Positions 1-9,753 of a stretch of DNA of 35,528 nt are shown piece after piece. Location of the stretch: sequence record SRR31156797_2642; one strand, 5' to 3'. Made by a program: the position numbers and the translations under genes. Under the pieces are notes generated by a model. That model was not told the DNA's origin, did not search any database, and saw only the letters and a program-made list of their open reading frames with translations. Position 1 is the stretch's first letter. Every line of letters begins with the position of its first letter.

Positions 1-280
1 CAAGAAATTTAAAGCCGAAGCCTATATCCTTAGTAAAGATGAAGGTGGTCGGCATACACCATTTTTCAACGGGTATCGCCCTCAATTTTACTTCCGGACA
101 ACAGATGTAACTGGTGTTGTTACACTTGAGGAAGGCGTAGAGATGGTGATGCCTGGTGATAATGTACATATTACCGGTGAACTGATTACACCAATTGCTA
201 TGGATGTAGGGCTGCGATTCGCGATCCGTGAAGGTGGCCGTACTGTTGGCGCTGGTGTAGTCAGCGAAATAATCGAATAA
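1..280 (+). CDS. tuf: Elongation factor Tu, C-terminal fragment (truncated by window start)
   Basis: Frame from nt 2 reads [38 protein letters not shown]...[20 protein letters not shown], ending TAA at 278-280; classic EF-Tu domain III. Confidence 0.98.
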   Translation, partial: KKFKAEAYILSKDEGGRHTPFFNGYRPQFYFRTTDVTGVVTLEEGVEMVMPGDNVHITGELITPIAMDVGLRFAIREGGRTVGAGVVSEIIE

Positions 281-290
281 GAGGAGTGCT

Positions 291-605
291 ATGATCCCGG
301 CAGATAAGATTCGTATCAGGCTGAAAGGCTACGATCATAAATTGCTTGACCTTTCAACACGGGAAATCGTTGAAACAGCGAGGCGAACAGGTGCCACTAT
401 TGCTGGCCCAATACCGTTGCCTACAAGTAAGAATAAGTATACTGTGCTGCGGTCTCCACATGTTGATAAGAAGTCACGTGAGCAGTTCGAAATGCGAACT
501 CACCGTCGACTCCTTGATATTCTGGAGCCCACACAGCAGACAATAGATGCACTCATGAAACTTGAACTTTCTGCTGGTGTAGATGTAGAAATCAAGATTC
601 CCTGA
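291..605 (+). CDS. rpsJ: 30S ribosomal protein S10 (uS10)
   Basis: [10 protein letters not shown]...GPIPLPT...[18 protein letters not shown] motifs; GAGGAG SD. Confidence 0.98.
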   Translation: MIPADKIRIRLKGYDHKLLDLSTREIVETARRTGATIAGPIPLPTSKNKYTVLRSPHVDKKSREQFEMRTHRRLLDILEPTQQTIDALMKLELSAGVDVEIKIP

Positions 606-678
606 TGCTCAGCTAAGTGGCAATACAGGCGGAAAGTTCATCTGCATAGTGAGTTGTTAATTGAACACAGGTAGACAA

Positions 679-1311
679 ATGCCGAAGACAAATGGAATAT
701 TGGGCCGGAAAGTAGGAATGACGCGGATTTATGATGAGCACGGTCGCTCCATTCCCGTCACTGTAATTGAAGCCGGTCCCTGTACGATATTACAGAAAAA
801 AACCGTAGCCAAAGAAGGGTATAACGCCATTCAGGTTGGGTTTGTTGAGAAAAAGGTAAGCAGGCTTAATAAACCTGAAACCGGACACGCGAAGCGTTCT
901 GGGGGTAAAGGCTTTTACCATATTCGAGAATTCAGGGTTACAGATCCGGATGCCTACGAAGTTGGACAAGAATTTACTGCCAAAGAAGTGCTTAAGGTTG
1001 GTGACCAGGTTGATATCTCCGGCAAGTCGAAAGGTCGAGGATTTCAAGGTGTTATGAAGCGACACGGTTTTGCCGGTGGTAAGGCGTCACATGGTTCTGG
1101 TTTTCATCGAGCACCGGGATCTATTGGTTGCAGTGCTTGGCCAGCTCGTGTTGTAAAGGGTAAAAAACTTCCTGGACACATGGGAGATGAGCTTGTTACC
1201 CAGAAAAATTTTAAAGTTATCGATGTGCGGGAAGAAGATAATGTTGTGCTCGTGAAGGGCCCTGTTCCCGGAGCAAAAAACGGTTTGCTCAGCATCTTTA
1301 CCAAAGCATAA
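679..1311 (+). CDS. rplC: 50S ribosomal protein L3 (uL3)
   Basis: GILGRKVGMT, SKGRGFQGVMKRHGF, HRAPGSIG; ATG at 679 preferred over TTG at 661. Confidence 0.97.
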   Translation: MPKTNGILGRKVGMTRIYDEHGRSIPVTVIEAGPCTILQKKTVAKEGYNAIQVGFVEKKVSRLNKPETGHAKRSGGKGFYHIREFRVTDPDAYEVGQEFTAKEVLKVGDQVDISGKSKGRGFQGVMKRHGFAGGKASHGSGFHRAPGSIGCSAWPARVVKGKKLPGHMGDELVTQKNFKVIDVREEDNVVLVKGPVPGAKNGLLSIFTKA

Positions 1312-1341
1312 TTTACCAGGGATGCTCACAAGGAGATAATC

Positions 1342-1965
1342 ATGGCAGTTTGTGATGTCGCAAATAACCTTGCAGAGAAAGTTGGCGAAGTTGAACTCAA
1401 AGACGACCTGTTTGGTGTTGAAGTAAAAGAAAGTATACTGCATGACATCGTATGTATGCAGCGTGCTAATAGAAGAAGTGGTACTGCCTGTACAAAGACT
1501 CGCGGAGAGTTAAGAGGTGGCGGTGCTAAACCATGGAGACAGAAAGGTACCGGGCGCGCACGTGCGGGAACGAAAAACTCACCCATATGGCGAGGTGGTG
1601 GAACCGTTTTTGGACCGAAACCTCGGGATTTTAGCTACAGTTTGCCTAAGAAAGTGAAAAAGTTAGGTCTTCGCATGGCATTAAGTGCAAGATTTGATGA
1701 AGGCAATGTTGTAGTTATTGATGACTTTGGTCTTCAAGAGATTAAAACTAAAGAATTCGTCAAGGTAATGGACAATTTTCAATTTGATAATTGTCTAGTA
1801 GTTACTGGTGATGTTGATAATGTAATTAGTAAATCCGCAGGAAATGCGGTTGGTTACAAAATACTGCCGGTTGCTGGCCTTAACGTTTATGATATCCTTA
1901 AATACCCCAAACTCATGTTAGTCCAGAGCTGTATTGAAAAGCTGGAAGAGAGGTTAATGGTATGA
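1342..1965 (+). CDS. rplD: 50S ribosomal protein L4 (uL4)
   Basis: RGGGAKPWRQKGTGRARAG...WRGGGTVFGPKPR loop; AAGGAG SD. Confidence 0.98.
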   Translation: MAVCDVANNLAEKVGEVELKDDLFGVEVKESILHDIVCMQRANRRSGTACTKTRGELRGGGAKPWRQKGTGRARAGTKNSPIWRGGGTVFGPKPRDFSYSLPKKVKKLGLRMALSARFDEGNVVVIDDFGLQEIKTKEFVKVMDNFQFDNCLVVTGDVDNVISKSAGNAVGYKILPVAGLNVYDILKYPKLMLVQSCIEKLEERLMV

Positions 1966-2252
1966 AAGTGATTTTTAATGTAATAAAAGGCCCATGCCTC
2001 ACTGAAAAGAGCAATATTCTTCAGGAGACCCAAGGCACTGTCGCGTTTAAAGTAGATCCACGTGCGAATAAGATTGAAATTAAGCAGGCTGTAGAAGAAC
2101 TGTTTAATGTGAAAGTTGCAGAAGTTAAAACTGCTAACATGCGTGGTAAGAAAAAACGAGTCGGTCTGAAGTCAACTGGTAAGACCAATGATTGGAAAAA
2201 AGCTTATGTCACCCTTTCTGAGGGTGAGATTAATTTTCTAGAAGAGCTTTAA
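1962..2252 (+). CDS. rplW: 50S ribosomal protein L23 (uL23)
   Basis: P.LTEKS, ANKIEIKQAVEELF, WKKAYVTL; ATGA overlap with rplD. Confidence 0.97.
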   Translation: MKVIFNVIKGPCLTEKSNILQETQGTVAFKVDPRANKIEIKQAVEELFNVKVAEVKTANMRGKKKRVGLKSTGKTNDWKKAYVTLSEGEINFLEEL

Positions 2253-2305
2253 ACCAATTGAACAAATCGGTTTACACCTGAAGATATACGATTACGGGAA
2301 ATACA

Positions 2306-3127
2306 ATGGCAATAAAAACCCATAAACCGACATCACCCGGAAAACGTCACCACGTCTCTGTAAAGCAGGAGTATCTCTCTGATAAAGAGCCTGAAAAGAG
2401 TCTTCTCCGGCCTTTGAAAAAGACTGGCGGACGTAACTCATATGGTCGCATTACCTCTAGACACAAAGGTGGTGGTCATAAAAGGAAGTACAGGGTTATT
2501 GATTGGAAAAGAAATAAAACTGATATTCCTGCTAAAGTAACAGCCATTGAGTACGATCCTAACCGATCGGCTCACTTAGCATTGCTTACATACGCAGATG
2601 GTGAAAAAACTTATATTCTTGCACCGAACGGAATCACAGTAGGTGACACTGTTGTTGCTGGTGCAGATTCTGATATCAAGCCAGGAAACTGCATGCCCCT
2701 TATAAGTATCCCTCTGGGAACGATTATTCATAATATTGAAATGAAGATCGGTAAAGGGGCACAACTTGTTCGATCTGCTGGGGCTGCTGCTCAATTAATG
2801 GCCAAAGATGGACACCAGGTCTTAGTTAAGCTGCCCTCTGGAGAAGTGCGCAGGTTTCATAAAGATTGTCGCGCTTGCATTGGTCAGGTTGGCAACTCTG
2901 AACATAGCAGTCAGAAGTTAGGTAAGGCCGGTCGAAGCAGATGGAAAGGAATTAGACCTTCGGTTCGTGGCGTTGCCATGAACCCGGTAGACCATCCAAT
3001 GGGAGGTGGCGAAGGAAAGAGTTCCGGTGGTCGGCATCCAGTCTCGCCTTGGGGTGTTCCAACTAAAGGATACAAAACCCGTAAGAATAAAGCCTCCGAT
3101 CGAGATATAGTCACCAAACGTAAGTAA
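2306..3127 (+). CDS. rplB: 50S ribosomal protein L2 (uL2)
   Basis: [30 protein letters not shown]. Confidence 0.98.
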   Translation: MAIKTHKPTSPGKRHHVSVKQEYLSDKEPEKSLLRPLKKTGGRNSYGRITSRHKGGGHKRKYRVIDWKRNKTDIPAKVTAIEYDPNRSAHLALLTYADGEKTYILAPNGITVGDTVVAGADSDIKPGNCMPLISIPLGTIIHNIEMKIGKGAQLVRSAGAAAQLMAKDGHQVLVKLPSGEVRRFHKDCRACIGQVGNSEHSSQKLGKAGRSRWKGIRPSVRGVAMNPVDHPMGGGEGKSSGGRHPVSPWGVPTKGYKTRKNKASDRDIVTKRK

Positions 3128-3145
3128 TAACAGGAGAATTTGGAT

Positions 3146-3418
3146 ATGGGTCGTTCCATAAAAAAAGGTCCTTTTGTTGACGATCACCTGATGAAAAAGG
3201 TTGAAAACGCTCAGGAAAGTGGATCTCGTAAAGTGATAAAGACATGGTCAAGGCGATCGGATATAACACCAGAGATGGTCGGGCTTACTTTTGCTGTTCA
3301 CAATGGTAAAAAGTTCATTCCGGTTTATGTCAGTGAAAATATGGTTGGCCATAAACTTGGAGAATTTTCTCCGACAAGAACTTACTATGGTCATGCCGCT
3401 GACAGAAAAGGACGCTAG
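3146..3418 (+). CDS. rpsS: 30S ribosomal protein S19 (uS19)
   Basis: [32 protein letters not shown] at 3146. Confidence 0.97.
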   Translation: MGRSIKKGPFVDDHLMKKVENAQESGSRKVIKTWSRRSDITPEMVGLTFAVHNGKKFIPVYVSENMVGHKLGEFSPTRTYYGHAADRKGR

Positions 3419-3458
3419 AAAAGGTTCGTTTCTTAAGAAAGCGTGAAGGAGTTAATCG

Positions 3459-3791
3459 ATGGAAACAAAAGCCGTCGCTAAGTACATACGTATTTCACCG
3501 CAGAAAGCACGACTCGTTGCCGACGTGGTTCGTGGGATGGATGTTGATACAGCCATCACAACATTGCGGTTTATGCCTAAAAAAGCTGCTCGTATCATAC
3601 GTAAGGTTGTCGAGTCTGCTGTGGCCAATGCTGATCAAAATGATGCCATTGATGTAGATACTCTTTTTGTTAAAGAGATTCAGATTAATGGTGGACCTAT
3701 GCTTAAGAGATTTCGTCCAAGAGCACAGGGCCGAGCAACTCGTATTTTGAAAAGGACAAGTCATATTACTGTTGTGGTCGAAGAGACCTGA
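3459..3791 (+). CDS. rplV: 50S ribosomal protein L22 (uL22)
   Basis: RISPQKARLVAD, KRFRPRAQGRA, KRTSHITV. Confidence 0.98.
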   Translation: METKAVAKYIRISPQKARLVADVVRGMDVDTAITTLRFMPKKAARIIRKVVESAVANADQNDAIDVDTLFVKEIQINGGPMLKRFRPRAQGRATRILKRTSHITVVVEET

Positions 3792-3844
3792 TACACGGTA
3801 ATAGGATATATAGAGATTAAAGATAGAGGGAACGGAGGATCACC

Positions 3845-4495
3845 TTGGGTCAAAAAGTCAATCCCATTGGTTTGCGGTTAAATATAACCCGCTCATGGGA
3901 ATCTATCTGGTATGCGGATAAAGATTATGCGAATAACCTGCACCAGGATCAGCTTATTCGCAAATATCTTAAAAAACGTTTATATCATGCCGGAATTGCC
4001 CGTATTGTTATTGAGCGCACCGGAGAAAAAATTAAAGTAAAACTCTTTACCGCCCGTCCAGGAATTGTAATTGGAAAAAAAGGGTCTGAAATTGAGAGTT
4101 TGAAAAAGGATCTGGAGCAAAAGTTCGGGAGACCTTGTCTGATCGACATCCAAGAGGTTCGCCGTCCAGAAGCTGATGCACAACTTGTTGCAGAAAACAT
4201 TGCTATGCAACTTGAAAGACGTATCGCCTTCCGTCGCGCCATGAAAAAATCTATAAATTCCGCGTTACGTTTTGGAGTACAGGGTATAAAGATTTCCTGT
4301 TCAGGACGACTTGGTGGTGCGGAGATGTCACGTACAGAGTGGTTTAAAGAGGGCCGAGTGCCGCTGCATACCCTTCGTGCTGATATTGATTACGGAACTG
4401 CTGAAGCAAAGACCACTTACGGCATCATAGGGGTAAAAGTCTGGATTTTCAAAGGCGAAGTACTGGCTGACAATGAAATGGAAGCAGGCAAGTAA
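3845..4495 (+). CDS. rpsC: 30S ribosomal protein S3 (uS3), TTG start
   Basis: [45 protein letters not shown] before TTG. Confidence 0.98.
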   Translation: MGQKVNPIGLRLNITRSWESIWYADKDYANNLHQDQLIRKYLKKRLYHAGIARIVIERTGEKIKVKLFTARPGIVIGKKGSEIESLKKDLEQKFGRPCLIDIQEVRRPEADAQLVAENIAMQLERRIAFRRAMKKSINSALRFGVQGIKISCSGRLGGAEMSRTEWFKEGRVPLHTLRADIDYGTAEAKTTYGIIGVKVWIFKGEVLADNEMEAGK

Positions 4496-4569
4496 ACTCT
4501 CCGTAATTGGTATAAGCCATCGTTCTTGAGAAAGTGTGTAAGCATAACCCTATGTGCAGGTAAAATAAA

Positions 4570-4986
4570 ATGTTAAGTCCACGTAAAGTAAAACATAGAA
4601 AACAGCATAAAGGTAGAATGCGCGGTAAAGCACAGCGCGGATCAGATATCTCCTTTGGAGATTACGCGCTAAAGGCTGTAGGCTGTGGCAGAATGACTGC
4701 TCAGCACATTGAAGCCGCACGTATTACCATTAACAGGAAAATCAAACGTGGCGGAAAGCTCTGGATCCGCGTGTTCCCTGATAAGCCGATTACTAAAAAG
4801 CCGGCGGAAACACGAATGGGAAAAGGTAAAGGTTCCCCAGAATATTGGGTAGCTACCATACGACCAGGTAAGGTACTTTACGAACTGAAAGGTATTCCCG
4901 AAGATCTTGCTGTTGAAGCCTTGAAATTAGCAAGTTACAAACTTCCGTTCCCGACTAAAGTCATTCTTAAGAGGGAAACAGTATGA
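4570..4986 (+). CDS. rplP: 50S ribosomal protein L16 (uL16)
   Basis: [24 protein letters not shown]. Confidence 0.98.
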   Translation: MLSPRKVKHRKQHKGRMRGKAQRGSDISFGDYALKAVGCGRMTAQHIEAARITINRKIKRGGKLWIRVFPDKPITKKPAETRMGKGKGSPEYWVATIRPGKVLYELKGIPEDLAVEALKLASYKLPFPTKVILKRETV

Positions 4987-5168
4987 AAATAAAAGATCTA
5001 CGAGAATTGAGTCTTGAGGACCTGAATAAAAAAGAGCAGGATTTCCGTGAAGACCTGTTTAAGCTCAAATTCCAGCATGGTATCAGGCGACTGGAAAATC
5101 CTGCAAGACTCGCGCAACTGAAAAAAGATATCGCACGCGTTTTGACTGTGATTGCAGAAAAACAATAG
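4983..5168 (+). CDS. rpmC: 50S ribosomal protein L29 (uL29)
   Basis: LFKLKFQ...LENP...KKDIARVLT; canonical position, ATGA overlap with rplP. Confidence 0.95.
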   Translation: MKIKDLRELSLEDLNKKEQDFREDLFKLKFQHGIRRLENPARLAQLKKDIARVLTVIAEKQ

Positions 5169-5216
5169 GTCATAGAACAATTCAGAAGAGAGCGCAAAGC
5201 CTACAGGATTAAAGCG

Positions 5217-5471
5217 ATGACAGCTAAAACAAAGAAGACCCGCCAGGGTTCAGTGGTAAGTAACAAGATGGACAAGAGTGTCGTTGTACTTGTTGAGAGA
5301 AAAGTCCGACACAAGATGTACGGTAAATATATCCGTCGTCAGGTTAAATACATGGCACACGATGCTGCCAATGAATGTAATATTGGCGATGTTGTGCTTA
5401 TCGAAGAATGTCGTCCATTATCCAAAAATAAACGCTGGCTTGTCCGGTCAATCATTGAACGCTCTGTTTGA
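5217..5471 (+). CDS. rpsQ: 30S ribosomal protein S17 (uS17)
   Basis: [28 protein letters not shown]. Confidence 0.97.
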   Translation: MTAKTKKTRQGSVVSNKMDKSVVVLVERKVRHKMYGKYIRRQVKYMAHDAANECNIGDVVLIEECRPLSKNKRWLVRSIIERSV

Positions 5472-5530
5472 TCAGGTGCTTTGTAAGTGATCGTAAGCAG
5501 CTGTTAATAATTTGCATTTCAGGTGGAACT

Positions 5531-5899
5531 ATGATTCAAACCGAAACCACATTAAATGTTGCCGATAACTCCGGTGCAAAAAAGGTACTTTGTATCAGAG
5601 TACTTGGAGGAACACGGAGACGCTACGCCAGCATAGGGGACATTATTGTCGTCACTGTAAAAGAAGCTATACCCCATGCGAAGGTAAAAAAAGGTGATGT
5701 TTTAGACGCAGTTATCGTGCGTACAAAAAAAGAACTTCAAAGACCGGAAGATACCACTGTTAAGTTTGACGAGAACGCTGCTGTCCTCTTAAGTGGTAAT
5801 GGGGAGCCTATCGGAACCCGTATCTTCGGTCCAGTTGCCCGCGAGTTACGTTCGCTGGGATTCATGAAGATAATCTCCCTTGCCCCTGAAGTTCTGTAA
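5531..5899 (+). CDS. rplN: 50S ribosomal protein L14 (uL14)
   Basis: [43 protein letters not shown] at 5531. Confidence 0.98.
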   Translation: MIQTETTLNVADNSGAKKVLCIRVLGGTRRRYASIGDIIVVTVKEAIPHAKVKKGDVLDAVIVRTKKELQRPEDTTVKFDENAAVLLSGNGEPIGTRIFGPVARELRSLGFMKIISLAPEVL

Positions 5900-5949
5900 T
5901 AAAAGAGCCTTAAGGTTAACGAGAGAAAGAGGGAAACGAGGAAATAACA

Positions 5950-6288
5950 ATGCGTCAGGGACAAACAAGTCTTAAAGTAAACGATCAAGTAGAAGTTATT
6001 GCTGGTAAGGACAAGGGGAGAGTCGGAAAAATTCTCCGTGTCGACCGAGAAAAAAATCGAGTTGTTGTCGAAAGGATCAACATGATCAAGAAGCATCAAA
6101 AGGCAACTGATGCGACACAACCCGGTCAAATCATAGAACGAGAAGCGTCGATCCATATCTCAAATGTAATGATCGTCTGCCCTGAGTGTACCGAAACAGT
6201 TCGTACTGGCAAACAATTCTTGGAAGATGGTACCAAGGTGCGTTTTTGCAAGGGCTGTAAGGCAACACTTGAAAACGCTAAATCGTAA
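5950..6288 (+). CDS. rplX: 50S ribosomal protein L24 (uL24)
   Basis: KOW motif [24 protein letters not shown]; carries CPEC/CKGC. Confidence 0.97.
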   Translation: MRQGQTSLKVNDQVEVIAGKDKGRVGKILRVDREKNRVVVERINMIKKHQKATDATQPGQIIEREASIHISNVMIVCPECTETVRTGKQFLEDGTKVRFCKGCKATLENAKS

Positions 6289-6311
6289 GGATTCTCACTG
6301 ATACGGAGTAC

Positions 6312-6857
6312 ATGATGGGAACACTTAAGGAACAATATAACACAGAAATCAAACCTCATCTTCAAAATGAATTCGATTTCAAATGTGTAATGGAAATCCC
6401 TAAAATTGAGAAAGTTGTGCTCAATATGGGGATCGGTGAGGGAGTTCAAAATCCTAAATCAGTAGACAAAGCTGCAAATGAACTTACTCTGATTGCTGGA
6501 CAAAAAGCTGTTATTACTAAAGCTAAGAAATCAATTGCTACATTCAAACTTCGTGAAGGGATGCCTATTGGAGCACGTGTCACCTTGCGGAACGATAGAA
6601 TGTACGATTTTTTATCAAAACTTATCAACATAGCGCTCCCTCGAGTCCGTGACTTCCGGGGTATTTCAACGAAGGGCTTTGATGGTAGGGGTAATTATTC
6701 CATGGGAATTACCGAACATATCATATTCCCAGAAATTGATTATGACAAAATAGATAAAATTCGTGGGTTGAATATTACTATAGTCACATCAGCAAAGAAC
6801 AATGATCAAGGGCGGGCCCTCTTAGCTGCAATGGGAATGCCGTTTAAGAAGAAGTAA
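6312..6857 (+). CDS. rplE: 50S ribosomal protein L5 (uL5)
   Basis: [36 protein letters not shown]; start at 6312 or 6315. Confidence 0.98.
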   Translation: MMGTLKEQYNTEIKPHLQNEFDFKCVMEIPKIEKVVLNMGIGEGVQNPKSVDKAANELTLIAGQKAVITKAKKSIATFKLREGMPIGARVTLRNDRMYDFLSKLINIALPRVRDFRGISTKGFDGRGNYSMGITEHIIFPEIDYDKIDKIRGLNITIVTSAKNNDQGRALLAAMGMPFKKK

Positions 6858-6908
6858 CCGGGCCATATACCCATCAGTTTTTAAAATTAATTTCTTCAGG
6901 AGGATGCA

Positions 6909-7094
6909 GTGGCAAAAAAATCACTCATTGCCAAGGCAAAACGCAAACCTAAATTTAAGGTGCGTTCTTACAATAGATGTCCGTTATGTGGACGCCCAAG
7001 AGCTTTTTTGAGAAAATTCGGCGTTTGTAGATTGTGTTTTCGTAAACTCGCTTCAAAGGGCGAAATCACTGGTGTTACTAAATCAAGTTGGTAG
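6909..7094 (+). CDS. rpsN: 30S ribosomal protein S14 type Z (zinc-binding, 61 aa), GTG start
   Basis: [11 protein letters not shown]...GVCRLCFR...GVTKSSW; GGAGG SD. Confidence 0.97.
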   Translation: MAKKSLIAKAKRKPKFKVRSYNRCPLCGRPRAFLRKFGVCRLCFRKLASKGEITGVTKSSW

Positions 7095-7183
7095 CAGCAT
7101 CAGGGCGGTGACTATAAAATTTTAATAGTCTTCGGTTACACAACGGCTGCCGAGTATACGCTTTTTAAAAGAGGAAAAAAACA

Positions 7184-7582
7184 ATGTCTATGAGTGATCC
7201 GTTGGCAGATATGCTGACCCGCATAAGAAATGGTGCTAAGGCGCGTTTCGAATCTGTGGAAATGCCACTGTCAAAGCTTAAAGTAAATGTCGCCAAAGTG
7301 CTTAAGGAAGAAGGTTATATAATCGATTTCCAGGTCCTTGAGCAGGGAGTACAAGGCACCCTGAAAATTGATCTTAAATACGGACAAAATAACGAACAAG
7401 TTATTACCGGTATTAAGAGAGTCAGTAAACCAGGGTTGCGCCAATACAAGAAAAACGATCATATACCGAAGGTAATGACCGGTTTAGGTATTGGCATCCT
7501 CTCCACCTCTCAGGGTGTAATCACTGATCGTGAAGCTAGAGCTCGCGGTATCGGTGGTGAGTTGCTCTGTGAAGTCTGGTAA
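7184..7582 (+). CDS. rpsH: 30S ribosomal protein S8 (uS8)
   Basis: [34 protein letters not shown]. Confidence 0.98.
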   Translation: MSMSDPLADMLTRIRNGAKARFESVEMPLSKLKVNVAKVLKEEGYIIDFQVLEQGVQGTLKIDLKYGQNNEQVITGIKRVSKPGLRQYKKNDHIPKVMTGLGIGILSTSQGVITDREARARGIGGELLCEVW

Positions 7583-7611
7583 CTGCAAATTCTGACGACT
7601 AGGAGTTTACG

Positions 7612-8154
7612 ATGTCCAGAATAGGAAAACAGCCAGTCCCACTTCCAAGTGGGGTAAAGGTTGATATCAAAGGTACACATATTAAGGTCACAGGCCCTAA
7701 GGGAGCACTTGAAAGAGATTTGCGCCCTGAAATTTCGTGTACTGAAGAAGGAAATCAATTGCTTTTTACACCTAAAGGTACAAGTAAAAAGGTCATGGCT
7801 TTTTGGGGTATGACCAGGTCACTTGTCAGTAATATGGTTGAAGGCGTTGACAAAGGTTTTGTGAAAATTCTGATAGTGGAAGGCGTCGGATATCGAGCTA
7901 ACCTTGCTAAAAGTACTCTGACCTTGAATGTGGGCTTTTCAAATCCGGTTGAGTTTATACTGCCAGAAGGTATTAGTGCAGAAGTAGATAAAGATAACAA
8001 AATATCTGTCACCGGGGTCGATAAAGAGCTTGTAGGTCTTACTGCCGCAAGAATTCGTGCTATTAGAAAACCTGAACCTTACAAAGGAAAAGGGATTCGT
8101 TACGCTGACGAACGAATTGTGCGTAAAGTTGGTAAAGCTGGTGCAGCCAGTTAA
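7612..8154 (+). CDS. rplF: 50S ribosomal protein L6 (uL6)
   Basis: MSRIGKQPV, GVGYRA, RKPEPYKGKGIRY. Confidence 0.98.
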   Translation: MSRIGKQPVPLPSGVKVDIKGTHIKVTGPKGALERDLRPEISCTEEGNQLLFTPKGTSKKVMAFWGMTRSLVSNMVEGVDKGFVKILIVEGVGYRANLAKSTLTLNVGFSNPVEFILPEGISAEVDKDNKISVTGVDKELVGLTAARIRAIRKPEPYKGKGIRYADERIVRKVGKAGAAS

Positions 8155-8178
8155 ATAGTTAACTGAAAGAGTAACATT

Positions 8179-8544
8179 ATGGCTAAAACAAACCCAAAAG
8201 TTACTGCACGTCTTAAAAGGATACGTCGTATCCGAAAAAACATGTTAGGCACCAGTGAAAAACCACGTATGCGTGTTTTCCGATCTAACAAACATATCTA
8301 CGTGCAGATAATTGACGATCTAAAAAAAGCTACTCTCGTTTCCGCGTCTACCGAAAGCAAAGAATTTGACGCTACTGACTTAAAAGGAAAATGTGAGAAA
8401 GCAAAAAAAGTTGGACTCATGGTTGCCGAAAAAGCTAAAGCTGCTGGTATTGAACAGGTTGTGTTCGATCGCGGTGGATATATTTACCATGGCCGGGTTA
8501 AAGCGTTGTCAGAAGGTGCACGTGAAGGCGGGCTTAAGTTTTAA
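8179..8544 (+). CDS. rplR: 50S ribosomal protein L18 (uL18)
   Basis: [35 protein letters not shown]...AREGGLKF. Confidence 0.98.
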   Translation: MAKTNPKVTARLKRIRRIRKNMLGTSEKPRMRVFRSNKHIYVQIIDDLKKATLVSASTESKEFDATDLKGKCEKAKKVGLMVAEKAKAAGIEQVVFDRGGYIYHGRVKALSEGAREGGLKF

Positions 8545-8588
8545 ATTCCCGATTTCTAATCGAACAATAATTCCTACGGGGGTGTTTC

Positions 8589-9101
8589 TTGGCTGATTTT
8601 AAGAGAGCTAAAGATAGTAACCAAGAAGAGCTCATTGAAAAAATAGTTTTTATCAACCGTGTTGCAAAGGTTGTTAAAGGTGGGCGACGTTTTAGCTTCA
8701 GTGCCATAGTTGTAGTTGGTGACGGTAAAGGTAAGGTTGGTTATGGTCTCGGCAAGGCAAACCAAGTACCAGAGGCTATTCGTAAAGGTATTGAGAAAGC
8801 ACGTAAAGATATGCAGAGCGTAGCACTTACCGACGTTTCTATCCCTCATGATATCATAGGGAAGTTTAAGTCTGGAAGTGTAATGCTTAAACCTGCTGGA
8901 GACGGTACCGGGGTAATTGCCGGTGGTGCTGTACGTGCGGTTCTTGAAGCTGCTGGAGTGAATAATATTCTCACCAAATGTCTTGGTTCCAATAATCCGC
9001 ACAATCTTGCGAAGGCTACTATTGACGGTCTTCGTCAACTGCGTTCTGCAGAGCAGATTGCAAAGTTGCGTGGTTTGAAAACAGAAGATATGGTCGCGTA
9101 A
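8589..9101 (+). CDS. rpsE: 30S ribosomal protein S5 (uS5), TTG start
   Basis: [33 protein letters not shown]. Confidence 0.97.
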   Translation: MADFKRAKDSNQEELIEKIVFINRVAKVVKGGRRFSFSAIVVVGDGKGKVGYGLGKANQVPEAIRKGIEKARKDMQSVALTDVSIPHDIIGKFKSGSVMLKPAGDGTGVIAGGAVRAVLEAAGVNNILTKCLGSNNPHNLAKATIDGLRQLRSAEQIAKLRGLKTEDMVA

Positions 9102-9128
9102 GACCTCAAGATTTATAGGTCATTAATT

Positions 9129-9308
9129 ATGAGTGATACCATTACATTGACACAGGTCAAAAGCGGAATAGGCAGCACTAAGAAAATCAGGGCAACTCTT
9201 GTTGGACTTGGTTTGATTAAGATGCACAAAACCGTTACCAGAAAAGACACTCCTGAAATCCGGGGCATGATCAATAAGGTCAGGCATCTGGTCAGAGTGG
9301 AGGAATAG
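9129..9308 (+). CDS. rpmD: 50S ribosomal protein L30 (uL30), 59 aa (below the ORF-track cutoff)
   Basis: Hand translation MSDTITLTQVKSGIGSTKKIRATLVGLGLIKMHKTVTRKDTPEIRGMINKVRHLVRVEE*; canonical position between rpsE and rplO. Confidence 0.96.
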   Translation: MSDTITLTQVKSGIGSTKKIRATLVGLGLIKMHKTVTRKDTPEIRGMINKVRHLVRVEE

Positions 9309-9311
9309 ATA

Positions 9312-9749
9312 ATGCTGAAATTGAATAATCTCAGCCCGAACGAAGGTTCGAGAAAAAATAGAAAACGCGTCGGTCGCGGTCACGGAAGTGGGCTTGGTAA
9401 GACTTCCGGTCGTGGTCACAAAGGTGCACGTTCCAGGTCTGGTTATAGTTTAGCGCCTGGGTTTGAAGGTGGTCAAATGCCCCTGCACCGGAGATTGCCC
9501 AAACGCGGATTCACAAATATTTTTAAAACTGAGTATAATATCGTCTCTCTCTCTGACCTTGATTCTTTTGAAGCCGGGGCAACTGTCGATAAGCAAGCGC
9601 TTGTTGACGCAGGGTTAGTTGACGGGATTAGTCAGATTAAAGTGCTCGCTAATGGCCAGATCACCAAAGCGGTTACCGTTGATGTTGATAAGGTCAGTAA
9701 GGGGGCAGCTCAAAAAATCACTGATGCAGGTGGTTCTGTAAAGGAGTAA
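9312..9749 (+). CDS. rplO: 50S ribosomal protein L15 (uL15)
   Basis: RVGRGHGSGLGKTSGRGHKG, GFEGGQMPLHRRLPKRGF. Confidence 0.98.
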   Translation: MLKLNNLSPNEGSRKNRKRVGRGHGSGLGKTSGRGHKGARSRSGYSLAPGFEGGQMPLHRRLPKRGFTNIFKTEYNIVSLSDLDSFEAGATVDKQALVDAGLVDGISQIKVLANGQITKAVTVDVDKVSKGAAQKITDAGGSVKE

Positions 9750-9753
9750 TTTA

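Noticed and set aside
281..290. E. coli-type L4-regulated S10 leader or promoter
   Set aside because: Only 10 nt separate tuf and rpsJ; the str-S10 fusion is common outside gammaproteobacteria.
6289..6345. E. coli-type S8-binding hairpin at the rplE start
   Set aside because: I could not build the characteristic helix with its internal loop from this sequence.
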